Positions 53,285-62,578 of a DNA stretch of 64,000 nucleotides are shown one piece after another. The translations under genes were made by a program, and so were the position numbers. Within the stretch, counting starts at the first letter, position 1. Each line of letters opens with the position of its first letter. The notes under the pieces were generated by a model. That model ran no database searches. It was given only the letters and a program-made list of their open reading frames with translations, and was not told the DNA's origin. This DNA is from Caldilineaceae bacterium bin5 (GTDB lineage Bacteria; Chloroflexota; Anaerolineae; Caldilineales; Caldilineaceae), in assembly GCA_002238445.1 (NCBI GenBank), contig MPML01000008.1, forward strand, positions 45,599 to 109,598. The letters are read 5' to 3'.

Positions 53285-53926
53285 ATGCAGGGAACGGCCG
53301 GCAGGATTGCGCAGCGCATACGCCAATTCGTGCGCGGCGTCACAGCTTCAGTATCAGTTGACGAACTGCAAGAGGCAGCCCGATTTCTGCCGCCTGCCGG
53401 GTTAAGCCGCTTTCGCCAGATGCCCGTGGATGCCCAGCGACACAGTCTGAACGTTCTGACAACTTTGCAGGGCGCGGGCTGGCATGATCCGGATTTGGCG
53501 GCGGCGGCGCTGCTCCATGATGCCGGCAAGTTGGCGGCGGCGAAGGCCGGACTGACGTTCAATGCGTGGGTGCGGACGGCGCTGGTGCTTTTGGATACGT
53601 TTGCGCCGACGCTTGCGGCCCGCCTGGCAGTGGAGGAAGCGGCCGGCGGCTGGCGCTATCTGTTGCATGTCCATTTGGCGCATCCGCTTATTGGTGCGCA
53701 TTGGGCCGATGCGGATGGATGCAGCCCGCTTACTTGCTGGCTGATCGCTCGTCATCAGGACAAGACGAGTCTGTCGGACCCTCCATCGAACTCAGTAGAC
53801 GGTCCAAACCGGCGACGGACAGCAGGCGAGGTGGCGCGGTGGTCGGAGGTTGATGAGCCGCACCTGGCCACAGAGGAGCGAATGCGTTTGCTGCGCGCGC
53901 TGCAGTGGGCTGACAGCCAGAACTGA
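53285..53926 (+). CDS. HD-domain phosphohydrolase-like protein
   Basis: H...(ALLHDAGK) HD motif; 213 aa. Confidence 0.75.
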   Translation: MQGTAGRIAQRIRQFVRGVTASVSVDELQEAARFLPPAGLSRFRQMPVDAQRHSLNVLTTLQGAGWHDPDLAAAALLHDAGKLAAAKAGLTFNAWVRTALVLLDTFAPTLAARLAVEEAAGGWRYLLHVHLAHPLIGAHWADADGCSPLTCWLIARHQDKTSLSDPPSNSVDGPNRRRTAGEVARWSEVDEPHLATEERMRLLRALQWADSQN

Positions 53927-54132
53927 AGCCGGCCGGCGCCATGACACGCGGATTGCGGGGACGGACGGGGCAAAGGGCGGCAATCGGCCTGGCCAGTTGG
54001 CGCCGACAGTGTCCTCCGAATCGGACGGGTTTGTGCCGGGTTGCTGTGCCAGATCCAGTTTGACGCCCTGTTTGAAACGATATCGCAGCGCTTGTAGAGA
54101 AGCGCTTTTGACAACATTCAGGACAGCTACTT

Positions 54133-55146
54133 ATGGCAGAAACGACAGCAAGAATCACACTCGTTGGGCTGGACCTGATTGGAACCAGCATCGGTCTCTC
54201 GTTACACGAGAATGCGGGCAATTATCAGGTGATCGGCAACGACCGCGAGCCTACGCGCATGAATGAGGCCAAACGGCTGGGTGCGCTCGACTCGACCAAG
54301 TGGAATCTGCATTCGGCTTGTGACAACGCCAGCCTGGTCATCACGACCGAACCGCTGTCGGAGCTGCCGGAGTTTTTTCAGCAGATTCGTGAGGATGTGG
54401 CTGAGGGCGCGGTGATTTTCGGGATTGGCCCTGTCATGCAACCGGCCCTGGACATCGCGGCCAACAACCTGCCGGAAGGCATCAACTTTGTGGCCGGCCG
54501 GCCGGTCCACAGTGACATCAGCAGCCAGCCGGAGCCGCGCAGCGAGCTGTTCAAAGATAGCACGTTCTGCATTGGCGCGAGCCCACAGACGGCAACCAGC
54601 GCGTTGGAACTGGTGAGCAATTTGTTGGCGCGGCTGGGCGCAAAACCGCTCTACATTGATCCGCTTGAACATGACGGCATCGTCGCGGCGGTGGAGCAGC
54701 TGCCTGAAATTCTGGCGGCTGTTCTTTTCCAGGCTGCGTTTGACGGCTCCGGATGGCATGAAAGCCAAAAGCTGGCGGGACGCCGCTTCGCCCTCAGCAC
54801 AGCCCTGGAGGCAAGTCCCGAGGAGCTGGCCGCCTCGCTGTTCGCCAATCGCGATATGCTTTTGCAAAGGCTGGATCAGCTGTCCACACAGCTGGAAACC
54901 TGGCGGGAGCGACTGGCTGCCGAGGACACCAAACCGCTGGAGGAGTCGCTCGATGGATTGGTGCAGGGCCGTGCCAAGTGGGAGCGAGACGCGAAGCTGC
55001 GGGATTGGGACCGTCTGACGGAGCCAACCTCACGCGCGGATTATGGCGGCTCTATGAGGCAGATGTTCTTCGGCAATCTCTTTAGCGGACGTTCGGGCCG
55101 CCGCGACCCTGGGGGCCGCGATAAGGACACGCCGAAGAAGCGATAG
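54133..55146 (+). CDS. prephenate/arogenate dehydrogenase family protein
   Basis: N-terminal Rossmann ITLVGLDLIGTSIG and a family-like central region (DP..HD...A..S.LP). Confidence 0.75.
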   Translation: MAETTARITLVGLDLIGTSIGLSLHENAGNYQVIGNDREPTRMNEAKRLGALDSTKWNLHSACDNASLVITTEPLSELPEFFQQIREDVAEGAVIFGIGPVMQPALDIAANNLPEGINFVAGRPVHSDISSQPEPRSELFKDSTFCIGASPQTATSALELVSNLLARLGAKPLYIDPLEHDGIVAAVEQLPEILAAVLFQAAFDGSGWHESQKLAGRRFALSTALEASPEELAASLFANRDMLLQRLDQLSTQLETWRERLAAEDTKPLEESLDGLVQGRAKWERDAKLRDWDRLTEPTSRADYGGSMRQMFFGNLFSGRSGRRDPGGRDKDTPKKR

Positions 55147-55426
55147 AGCCTTTTTTTGCGACACGCTTGCGCGGTGTGCCGGCGCCGGCCAAGACGGTCG
55201 CGTCGCTTCTGACTCTGATCCGATGCGCTCACTGGCGACTCGTTTCCTGGCAGGATGCTGGCCAGGCGATGCGCAGTTGCATACCTTCCAAGTCCCGGAT
55301 GCGCCGATCGGAAAGTTGTTGACGACACGACATTCTTACACTAAACTGAAAAAATATAGTGGTAGTTCACGCCCCTGATTTAACATTGGAACGCGCAGCG
55401 TATTTTGGAAGGAGCAGTGCAAAAGT

Positions 55427-56761
55427 ATGAAACGGAAACAGCTGTTTGCCCTTGTGACAGTCGCACTGGCATTTGTGTTCGCCTTAGTTATGAGTGATGC
55501 ACGCACTTATGCTCAAGGGCAGTTTCCAGGCTACAAGTCTACTATTCAGACCTATAACATGAGTGAGACCACGGCCAATATCATTCTGGCGTTTTACAGG
55601 CAGGATGGCAGCCTGGAGAAGACACTTACTGATATTATCGAGCGTGATCGTTCAAAGATATATTTCACACTGCCGGTGAATGAGGGATTCAGCGGGTCGG
55701 TTGTGATCTCATCGGATCAGCCCGTGGCTGCGCTCAGCAACATGATGAACAGCGCGCTGACGGCCGGCGGCACCTATGTGGGCCGCAGTGAGGGAAGCAC
55801 TTCGGTCTATCTGCCGCTGCTGATGGTCAATAGTAATGGCTTCAACAGCTGGTTTGCGCTACAGAATCCCAATCCTTCTTCAACAAATGTGACGGTGAAC
55901 TACAGCGACGGCATCACGACGTCGATCAACCTGGCAGCCTACGCATCCCACAATTTTTATCAGAAGCAGGAGCCGCACACGAGTAACGTCTTCGCCGCGG
56001 AGGTCACCAGCGATGAGCCTGTAGTGGTGGTGGCGTTTTTGGAAGATACGAAGACGCTGGCGGCCTACCACGGTTTTGCCAGCGGCGCGGTCAGCCCGGC
56101 AATGCCGTTGGTTAACTCCAACAATAACGGTTTCTATACCGATATTCATATACAGAATACTGGGGACGCTGATACCAGCGTCACGGTATCCTATCAGCCG
56201 TCAGCGTCCGGCACCTCGTGCACGGAAACACAGACAGTTGCGGCAGGACAGACAGTCACGTTTGCGCGCGACGCATTTCAGAACGGCTCAAATTCCACCT
56301 GCACGGGCGGCGAGAGGTTCATCGGCTCCGGCAATGTTACCACTAACAGCGCGAGCCAACCTCTGGCCGCGGTTGTCACTCAACGCGCCGGAAGTCCTTC
56401 TCTAATCCAGTTTGCGGCTTACAGTAGTTTTGACCCGGACGAGGCCACGCAGGCTGTGCGCCTGCCTTCGGTTATGGACCGCAACAGCGGCTTTTTCACC
56501 AGCGTCAATGTGATGAATGTTGGATCATCAGAGACTGCGGTGGAGTGCACATTCACGGACACGACCTATACGGTCACCGGAACTCTGCAACCCAATGAGA
56601 CATTGACGGATCTACAGGCAAACAGAATTCAGAGTGGCTATGTAGGCGGCGCGGCCTGCACTGCTCAGGCTGACGGCGCCAAAATCGTGGCGGTGGTAAA
56701 CCAGTTGAAGACGGACGCCACCGACGATCAGTTCCTGGTGTACGAGGGGATCAATCAGTAG
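55427..56761 (+). CDS. secreted hypothetical protein with about four internal beta-rich repeats
   Basis: Signal peptide MKRKQLFALVTVALAFVFALVMSDARTYA. Recurrent modules: NSWFALQNPNPSSTNVTVNY, GFYTDIHIQNTGDADTSVTVSY, GFFTSVNVMNVGSSETAVECTF. Confidence 0.75.
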   Translation: MKRKQLFALVTVALAFVFALVMSDARTYAQGQFPGYKSTIQTYNMSETTANIILAFYRQDGSLEKTLTDIIERDRSKIYFTLPVNEGFSGSVVISSDQPVAALSNMMNSALTAGGTYVGRSEGSTSVYLPLLMVNSNGFNSWFALQNPNPSSTNVTVNYSDGITTSINLAAYASHNFYQKQEPHTSNVFAAEVTSDEPVVVVAFLEDTKTLAAYHGFASGAVSPAMPLVNSNNNGFYTDIHIQNTGDADTSVTVSYQPSASGTSCTETQTVAAGQTVTFARDAFQNGSNSTCTGGERFIGSGNVTTNSASQPLAAVVTQRAGSPSLIQFAAYSSFDPDEATQAVRLPSVMDRNSGFFTSVNVMNVGSSETAVECTFTDTTYTVTGTLQPNETLTDLQANRIQSGYVGGAACTAQADGAKIVAVVNQLKTDATDDQFLVYEGINQ

Positions 56762-56815
56762 CGGAAGAGAGTGCGGAGAGAGAACGCGTTTCGCTTCTCA
56801 TGCTGATAACGGCTC

Positions 56816-57361
56816 ATGGGACGTCAGACGTACATTCTTGTTACGGTTTTGCTGTTGCTGGCGTGCAGGCCCAGCAGCGGAAGACCTGACGCAGCGCAGA
56901 ACTCGCCTTCGACAGCGCCCGAACGGGCTGGGGTTACCGACAGTTCAGGGTCGGACAGCGAGGCGGGGGCGCAACCCGAAACTTCATCGCTCGAAACCAC
57001 AACCGACAGCGGCGCGCTGACCGGTGTTTTGCTTCTGAGGACGGTCGATGGTTTTCAGCCGGTTGTGGACGTCAAGCTGGCGCTCGGTGAGACTTTGAGC
57101 GATGATGAGGGAACCGAGCGCATAGTTGCGTACGATCCATCCGCGGCGCCGGTCGCTTATACGGATTCCAGCGGCCGCTTCTTGTTCGAAAATCTTCAGT
57201 CCGGGCGTTACGGCCTCATTCTCGACACTGTGCTGAGTGCATCCCTGTTGTACCAGGAGGGCACGGACAACGCCATCCTCTTTGACATTACAGACGACGA
57301 AATGACCGACCTGGGCAACCTCGAGTACTCGGAGTTGCCTCTACCCCTGTCGTCCAGATAG
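56816..57361 (+). CDS. putative lipoprotein with carboxypeptidase-regulatory-like (CarbopepD_reg) beta-sandwich
   Basis: Lipobox-like LLLLAC, low-complexity linker, then SGRFLFENLQSGRYGLIL, which is typical of the Cna-B/CarboxypepD_reg fold. Confidence 0.65.
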   Translation: MGRQTYILVTVLLLLACRPSSGRPDAAQNSPSTAPERAGVTDSSGSDSEAGAQPETSSLETTTDSGALTGVLLLRTVDGFQPVVDVKLALGETLSDDEGTERIVAYDPSAAPVAYTDSSGRFLFENLQSGRYGLILDTVLSASLLYQEGTDNAILFDITDDEMTDLGNLEYSELPLPLSSR

Positions 57362-57382
57362 CTGAGGACGGCCGCCCGTCTG

Positions 57383-58183
57383 TTATCGGGCAGAAGAGCC
57401 GTCCAGGATCCACGTTCCCATCCAGTAAATCTCATCGAGGAAGCCCATACGGCGGTAGAGCTGTACGGGGGTGTCCGCCGGGTCGGTGGCGATCACGAGC
57501 GATCGTTTGCCCTGAGCGTAGGAGTCTGCAATGACGCGGGAAAGCAGTTGGCGGGCGATACCCTGATTGCGGAATGGTGTTCGGGTCGCGAGGTTGAAGA
57601 TGTAGCGGTCGGCGCCCTCGTACCAGCCGATGATAGCGGCGGCTTGATCGCGGACACGGGCGATGAGGAAGGCGCCATCGGCGTTGAGGTCCGCCCGACG
57701 GGTTGCCATACTGGCCTCGACGGCTGCCTGGCCCGGCTCCTCTTCGCTGTCGGCGAAAGCCTTTAACTTTGTAATCGTATAGTCCAGGAGGTTGCTGCGC
57801 GTAACCGGCTCAATCTGCGCGGGGCCCAACTCTGCCGCGGGCGATACGCACGTATCTACGTGGGCCAGATAGAGCTTTGCAGTGCCGCGGGTGCAGCCGG
57901 CCTGCTTCAGGGCGCAGGACAGTTGCCTGTCGACAGCCTGGCTGTGGGTGAAGATGAGGACGCGCCGCTGTCCGTAGAAGGCGTTGACGTCGGCATTAAA
58001 GGCGGACGTCTGTGCCGGGTCGAACGGTTCCACTATGTGGACGTCGTTGTAGTTGGTCTGTTGGATGCGGCTGTAGTAGCCGAAGCGTCGCCGCTCCACG
58101 ACCTTGCCCAGGGCTGGATAGTCCTGAATGTACCAGGAGCGCACCTCCTGGACGAGAGCGTCGTGAGCGGGATGGTTTGTCAT
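57383..58183 (-). CDS. GNAT-family N-acetyltransferase
   Basis: C-terminal R.QGIARQLL acetyl-CoA binding motif (Q/R-x-x-G-x-A); 266 aa. Confidence 0.8.
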   Translation of the reverse strand: MTNHPAHDALVQEVRSWYIQDYPALGKVVERRRFGYYSRIQQTNYNDVHIVEPFDPAQTSAFNADVNAFYGQRRVLIFTHSQAVDRQLSCALKQAGCTRGTAKLYLAHVDTCVSPAAELGPAQIEPVTRSNLLDYTITKLKAFADSEEEPGQAAVEASMATRRADLNADGAFLIARVRDQAAAIIGWYEGADRYIFNLATRTPFRNQGIARQLLSRVIADSYAQGKRSLVIATDPADTPVQLYRRMGFLDEIYWMGTWILDGSSAR

Positions 58184-58247
58184 GTGCGTGCATTCTGCGA
58201 TGTGCGGGGCGTTTGCAGCGATCAGCCGCCAGCAGTGACAAGAGCTA

Positions 58248-59483
58248 CTATGTGATCAGTCCATTGGCGCGAAATGCGGTCGCGAGGCGACGAATCCCTT
58301 CCTTGATCTCATCAGGCTGGTTGTAGCCGAAGCAGAGCCGGGCGCAGTTGGCGCCGGAAACGCCGTCGGGCGCAAAGTTTGGGCCCGGAAGATAGCCGAC
58401 GTCGTACTCTTCGAGAATGTCGTCGCGGACAGCGACCAGGTCGACGTGTTCGGGGAGCTGCAGCCAGATGAAGAGCCCGCCCTGCGGACGGCTCCAGGTG
58501 GCGCCGCTGCCGCTGAAGTTTTCGTCGAGCGCGTCGAGAATGGCGTCGCGGCGGTCTTGCTGGATATCGTTGATTTCCTCGATGTGGCTGTAGAGATGGG
58601 AGGTGGAGAAGCGATGCACGGCCCATGAGGCGAAGGTGTTCACGGAGCCGCCGCTCTTTGCGCCGATCGCGCGTTCGAGGAAGGGCCGGGGGCCGGTCAG
58701 ATAGCCGAGCCGCATACCGGGCGCGATGATCTTGGAAAAGGAGGCGACGTAGAGCACGCGACCTGTTTCGTCCAGAGAATGGAGGGAGGGAACGTCGGTG
58801 CCCTCGAAGCGCAGATCGACATAGCAGTCATCCTCCAAAATAGGCACGTCATACTGCTGCGAGAGGGCCACCAAGGCTTTGCGGCGGGCGAGGGTCATGG
58901 TCCAGCCCTGCGGATTCTGGAAGGTGGGCACGGTGTAGATCAGCTTGGGGCGTTTGCCCTCGGCGCTGGCGGTGCGGATGGCCTCTTCGATAGCGGCCGG
59001 GATCATGCCCTCTTCATCGGTGGCGACGCCGCGCAGGTCGGCGTTGAAGCGGCGCAGGGTATTGAGGGTGCCGGCGTAGACGAAATCTTCGGTGAGGACG
59101 ACATCGCCGGGATCCAGCAGGGTTTCGGCAACCATGTGGATGGGCTGGCTGGAGCCGTCGGCGAGGATGATATCGTCGGCGGTCACGTTGATCGCTCGGT
59201 CGCGCTGCAGCTTGGCGGCCACGAACTCGCGCAGAGGTGTGTAGCCCTGGGGATTGGCGTAGAGGGAGAGGTCGCCGCCTTCGTCGTCCATTGCCTGTTT
59301 CAGGCCATCGAGAAGTCCTGCCAGAGGCAGAGAGCCGGGATCCGGATAGGCGACGGCAAAGTCGTAGCGGCCGCGTTTCCCCGCGCCCAAGCCCTTTGGT
59401 TCAGCCGCATTGCTGGCATACATACCAGCCCAGGTAAATTGCGCTGGGGGTTCGCTGCTTGGGTGCTGGCTATTGGTTGACAT
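58248..59483 (-). CDS. PLP-dependent aminotransferase, class I/II (2-aminoadipate/aromatic aminotransferase-like)
   Basis: SFSKIIAPGMRLGY contains the PLP-lysine motif (SxSK); 411 aa. Confidence 0.9.
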   Translation of the reverse strand: MSTNSQHPSSEPPAQFTWAGMYASNAAEPKGLGAGKRGRYDFAVAYPDPGSLPLAGLLDGLKQAMDDEGGDLSLYANPQGYTPLREFVAAKLQRDRAINVTADDIILADGSSQPIHMVAETLLDPGDVVLTEDFVYAGTLNTLRRFNADLRGVATDEEGMIPAAIEEAIRTASAEGKRPKLIYTVPTFQNPQGWTMTLARRKALVALSQQYDVPILEDDCYVDLRFEGTDVPSLHSLDETGRVLYVASFSKIIAPGMRLGYLTGPRPFLERAIGAKSGGSVNTFASWAVHRFSTSHLYSHIEEINDIQQDRRDAILDALDENFSGSGATWSRPQGGLFIWLQLPEHVDLVAVRDDILEEYDVGYLPGPNFAPDGVSGANCARLCFGYNQPDEIKEGIRRLATAFRANGLIT

Positions 59484-59690
59484 GAGAGAATCTCCACTGT
59501 CGTGTGATCGGGAGGTTTTTCAGGATAGAGGCAAGGAAAGAGTAACTGCCAACAGGCAAAAAAGCAATTGTGCACCCCTGTGTGCAGTTGTGTAGGCAGA
59601 CGGAAACTGCGATAATTCGGGATGCGTTACCGCATCACAAACTGCACGCGGGGGCGCCACACGTCATTCACCAGACAAGGACTCAGCCCT

Positions 59691-60980
59691 ATGGCAACCT
59701 TCGAAAGCTCTAAACAGTTGATCGCGGAGGCGTCCCAGTCTCTGCCCGGCGGGGTGAATAGCAACTACCGGTTGGGGATTGCGCCGACGCCGCTGGTTTT
59801 TGAGCGGGGGGAAGGGCCTTACCTGTATGACGCAGACGGCAACCGGCTGATCGACTATTACCTGGGCATGGGGCCGATGATTCTGGGGCACAATCCGGCG
59901 CCGGTGTTGGAGGCGGTGCAGGGGGAGCTCGGGTCGGGCATTCTTTATGCCGGACAGAGCCGGGTCGAGCAGGAGGCGGCCAGGCTTGTCTGCGAGATGG
60001 TGCCGTGTGCGGAGCGGGTGCGCTTCAGCTGCGCGGGCAGTGAGGTGGTGCAGGCGGTGATCCGGCTGGCGCGGGCGGCGACGCAGCGTTCGGTGATCAT
60101 CAAGTTCGAGGGGCACTACCACGGCTGGATGGACAACATTTTGTGGAGCATCGCGCCTACGCCGGAGGAGTACGGTCCGGAGGAGGCGCCGAACGCGATT
60201 CCCGCCAGCGCGGGACAGGACCTGCAGGCCGGGTTACACACTGAGGTGCTGCCGTGGAATAACCTTGAACTGTTGGAGAGGCGACTCGAACGCGGGGATG
60301 TGGCGGGCGTGATCATGGAGCCGGCGATGTGCAATACGAGCACGGTGTTTCCGGCTGCGGGCTATTTGGAAGGAGTGCGGCGCGCATGCAGTGACGCCGG
60401 CACTGTCCTTATATTTGATGAAGTCATCACCGGCTTCCGGGTTGCGCCGGGCGGCGCGCAGGCCCATTTTGGGGTGACGCCGGACCTGGCGACTTTTGGC
60501 AAGGCGATTGCGAGCGGTTTTCCGGTTTCCTGTTTTGCGGGGCGCGCCGACCTGATGGACCTGTTTGTCAGCGGCGGCGTGATGCACGGCGGCACGTTCA
60601 ATGGGCATCCGGCGTGCATGGCGGCGCTGGTGGCAACGCTGGAGGAACTGAAAAAGCCGGAGACATTTGCCGGGCTCGGCAGGCAGGGAGCGCGGCTGAT
60701 GGAGGGCATCCGGGAGGCGTTGGACGCGGCCGACATCGCGGCGAGGGTTGAAGGTTTTCCCCAGGCCTTTCACGTAGGGTTTGGGGTGGAGGGGCAGGTC
60801 ACAGATTACCGCAGCTCGTTGCAGGCGGATAAGGCGCGCTATGTGCGCTTCACGGAGGCTCTTCACTATCGCGGCGTGCGCGCGCTGGAACGGGGGGCCT
60901 GGTTCCTGTCGACGGCGCATACGGCAGATGTAGTTGACGAGACGGTGGCCGCGGTGGCTGCGGTGGCGCGGGAAATTTGA
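59691..60980 (+). CDS. class III aminotransferase (glutamate-1-semialdehyde 2,1-aminomutase-like)
   Basis: FDEVITGFR and TFGKAIASGFP (PLP lysine) motifs. ATG 59691 (MATFESSKQL) is preferred over the track start at 59622. Confidence 0.9.
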   Translation: MATFESSKQLIAEASQSLPGGVNSNYRLGIAPTPLVFERGEGPYLYDADGNRLIDYYLGMGPMILGHNPAPVLEAVQGELGSGILYAGQSRVEQEAARLVCEMVPCAERVRFSCAGSEVVQAVIRLARAATQRSVIIKFEGHYHGWMDNILWSIAPTPEEYGPEEAPNAIPASAGQDLQAGLHTEVLPWNNLELLERRLERGDVAGVIMEPAMCNTSTVFPAAGYLEGVRRACSDAGTVLIFDEVITGFRVAPGGAQAHFGVTPDLATFGKAIASGFPVSCFAGRADLMDLFVSGGVMHGGTFNGHPACMAALVATLEELKKPETFAGLGRQGARLMEGIREALDAADIAARVEGFPQAFHVGFGVEGQVTDYRSSLQADKARYVRFTEALHYRGVRALERGAWFLSTAHTADVVDETVAAVAAVAREI

Positions 60981-61028
60981 GGTAGCTTCAGGCGGCTGCC
61001 GGGACCTTCCCCGGCCACTAATCGGTGA

Positions 61029-61946
61029 TCACTGGCCGCCATCTTTCCAATAGAGCTCTTTCAGGCGGCGAATGTATGCCCGGTCCCGTTCCTCGACGGC
61101 CTCGTCGAAGTCGGCGGGGTCCAGGAACCAGGGCTCCCCCTTCAACATTTGTTCGCGGAGTTTTTCATTTTCGATGGCGCGGGGATTGCGCGCATCTTCG
61201 GGCCATTTCCAGATGCCGGCGAGGTCGTAGTGCAGGAAGGGGCCTTCGTGAGGCATGCGGAAGCCGAAGGTGGAAACGATCCCCAGTTCGATATCCTCTG
61301 CGCTGGCCATGCCTTCGGCCCACAGCAGGCTGGCCTCCCTGACCATGGCGTGCTGAATCCGGTTGATAAGATATCCTGATTTCTCCCCGCGCACACGGAT
61401 GGGGATTTTGCGGGCGCTGCTCAACAGTTCGCAGGTGAGCTCGAAGGTCTCGTCGGTTGCGCCGGGCCCTTTGGCGACCTCCAATCCGGGGACGATATGC
61501 GGCGGCGCGAAGTAGTGGGTGAGCACCAGCTTGTCCTGGCGGCCGATGTGGGCGCCGATGTCGCTGAGGACGAGGCGCGAGGTGTTGCTGGCGAGAATCG
61601 TATGGGGCGGGCAGAGTTCGTCGAGCTGTTTGAACAGCGCCTGCTTGTCGGGCAGCCGCTCGACGATCGCTTCGGTGATGAAATCGCTCTGTCCGGCCAT
61701 TTGCGCCAGGTCGGTGGTGGTGGTGATCCGGGCCAGCGTTTCCTCGGCGCGCGCCTGGCTGATCAGTTCGCCCTCGACGAAGAGCTGCAGCGCATGAGCG
61801 ATGTTGGCCCTGGTGCCGGTCAGCGCTTCATCATTGAGGTCGCTGATGATGGTGGGGTAGCCCCACAGGGCGAAGTTGATGGCGATGCCGAAGCCCATGG
61901 TGCCGCCGCCGACGACGCCGACGGTTTTGATATCGGATAGCTGCAT
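61029..61946 (-). CDS. 3-hydroxyacyl-CoA dehydrogenase family protein
   Basis: N-terminal VGVVGGGTMGFGIA NAD-binding motif and a 3HCDH-like central region (NTS.L). Confidence 0.85.
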   Translation of the reverse strand: MQLSDIKTVGVVGGGTMGFGIAINFALWGYPTIISDLNDEALTGTRANIAHALQLFVEGELISQARAEETLARITTTTDLAQMAGQSDFITEAIVERLPDKQALFKQLDELCPPHTILASNTSRLVLSDIGAHIGRQDKLVLTHYFAPPHIVPGLEVAKGPGATDETFELTCELLSSARKIPIRVRGEKSGYLINRIQHAMVREASLLWAEGMASAEDIELGIVSTFGFRMPHEGPFLHYDLAGIWKWPEDARNPRAIENEKLREQMLKGEPWFLDPADFDEAVEERDRAYIRRLKELYWKDGGQ

Positions 61947-62026
61947 GGTTTTCGTCTCCGGTCTTCAGCGGCCGTTGGCCAGCAAAACTCCCCTGGCCAA
62001 CGGCACTTGGTGACTATCTACTACCG

Positions 62027-62512
62027 TTAGTTACTGCCGTTAGCCAGTGCCAGTTCATGCAGCGGCTCAAGCTGGCCGGCGTGCATCGCTTCGTGGAAGA
62101 CCAGATAGAAGTGCAGCCGCTGATCTACGGTGACACCCTTTTCCTCATCCAACATTTCATCCAAGCGGGTTTCCGGCATCTTTTCGAGGGCGGCGACGAC
62201 CTGGTCGGACAACTCATCAAGACGCGCCAGGATGGTTTCGAGGGGGATGGCTTTATCGGGGTCGGTCAACGGTTCGGAGCCAAAGCCGTAGAGGGCGAAT
62301 TCGTCTTCGTCGGGCTTGCTGACGCCGTCGATCACGCCGAGGTACTGCGCCCGATAGACCATAATATGGCCGAGGATCCAGTTCATGCAGTTGGCGGGGA
62401 TGGGTAACTGCAACATGCTGTCGGCATGGGACAGGCCCTCGGTCTTCTGCTTGATTATGTTGTTGACGGTCCCGAGCATGCTGACATACAGGGTTGGGCT
62501 GTGCACAAGCAA
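62027..62512 (-). CDS. DinB-superfamily (DinB_2-like) protein
   Basis: 161 aa four-helix-bundle-type sequence with H...H..H.GQ metal-ligand spacing (ILGHIMVY ... HEAMHAGQL). Confidence 0.75.
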   Translation of the reverse strand: MLVHSPTLYVSMLGTVNNIIKQKTEGLSHADSMLQLPIPANCMNWILGHIMVYRAQYLGVIDGVSKPDEDEFALYGFGSEPLTDPDKAIPLETILARLDELSDQVVAALEKMPETRLDEMLDEEKGVTVDQRLHFYLVFHEAMHAGQLEPLHELALANGSN

Positions 62513-62578
62513 CTCCTTTCTTAACTAGATCTGACTGGTTTTTGCGGTGGGTGCAGGTCGCTAGCCACTGACCACCGG

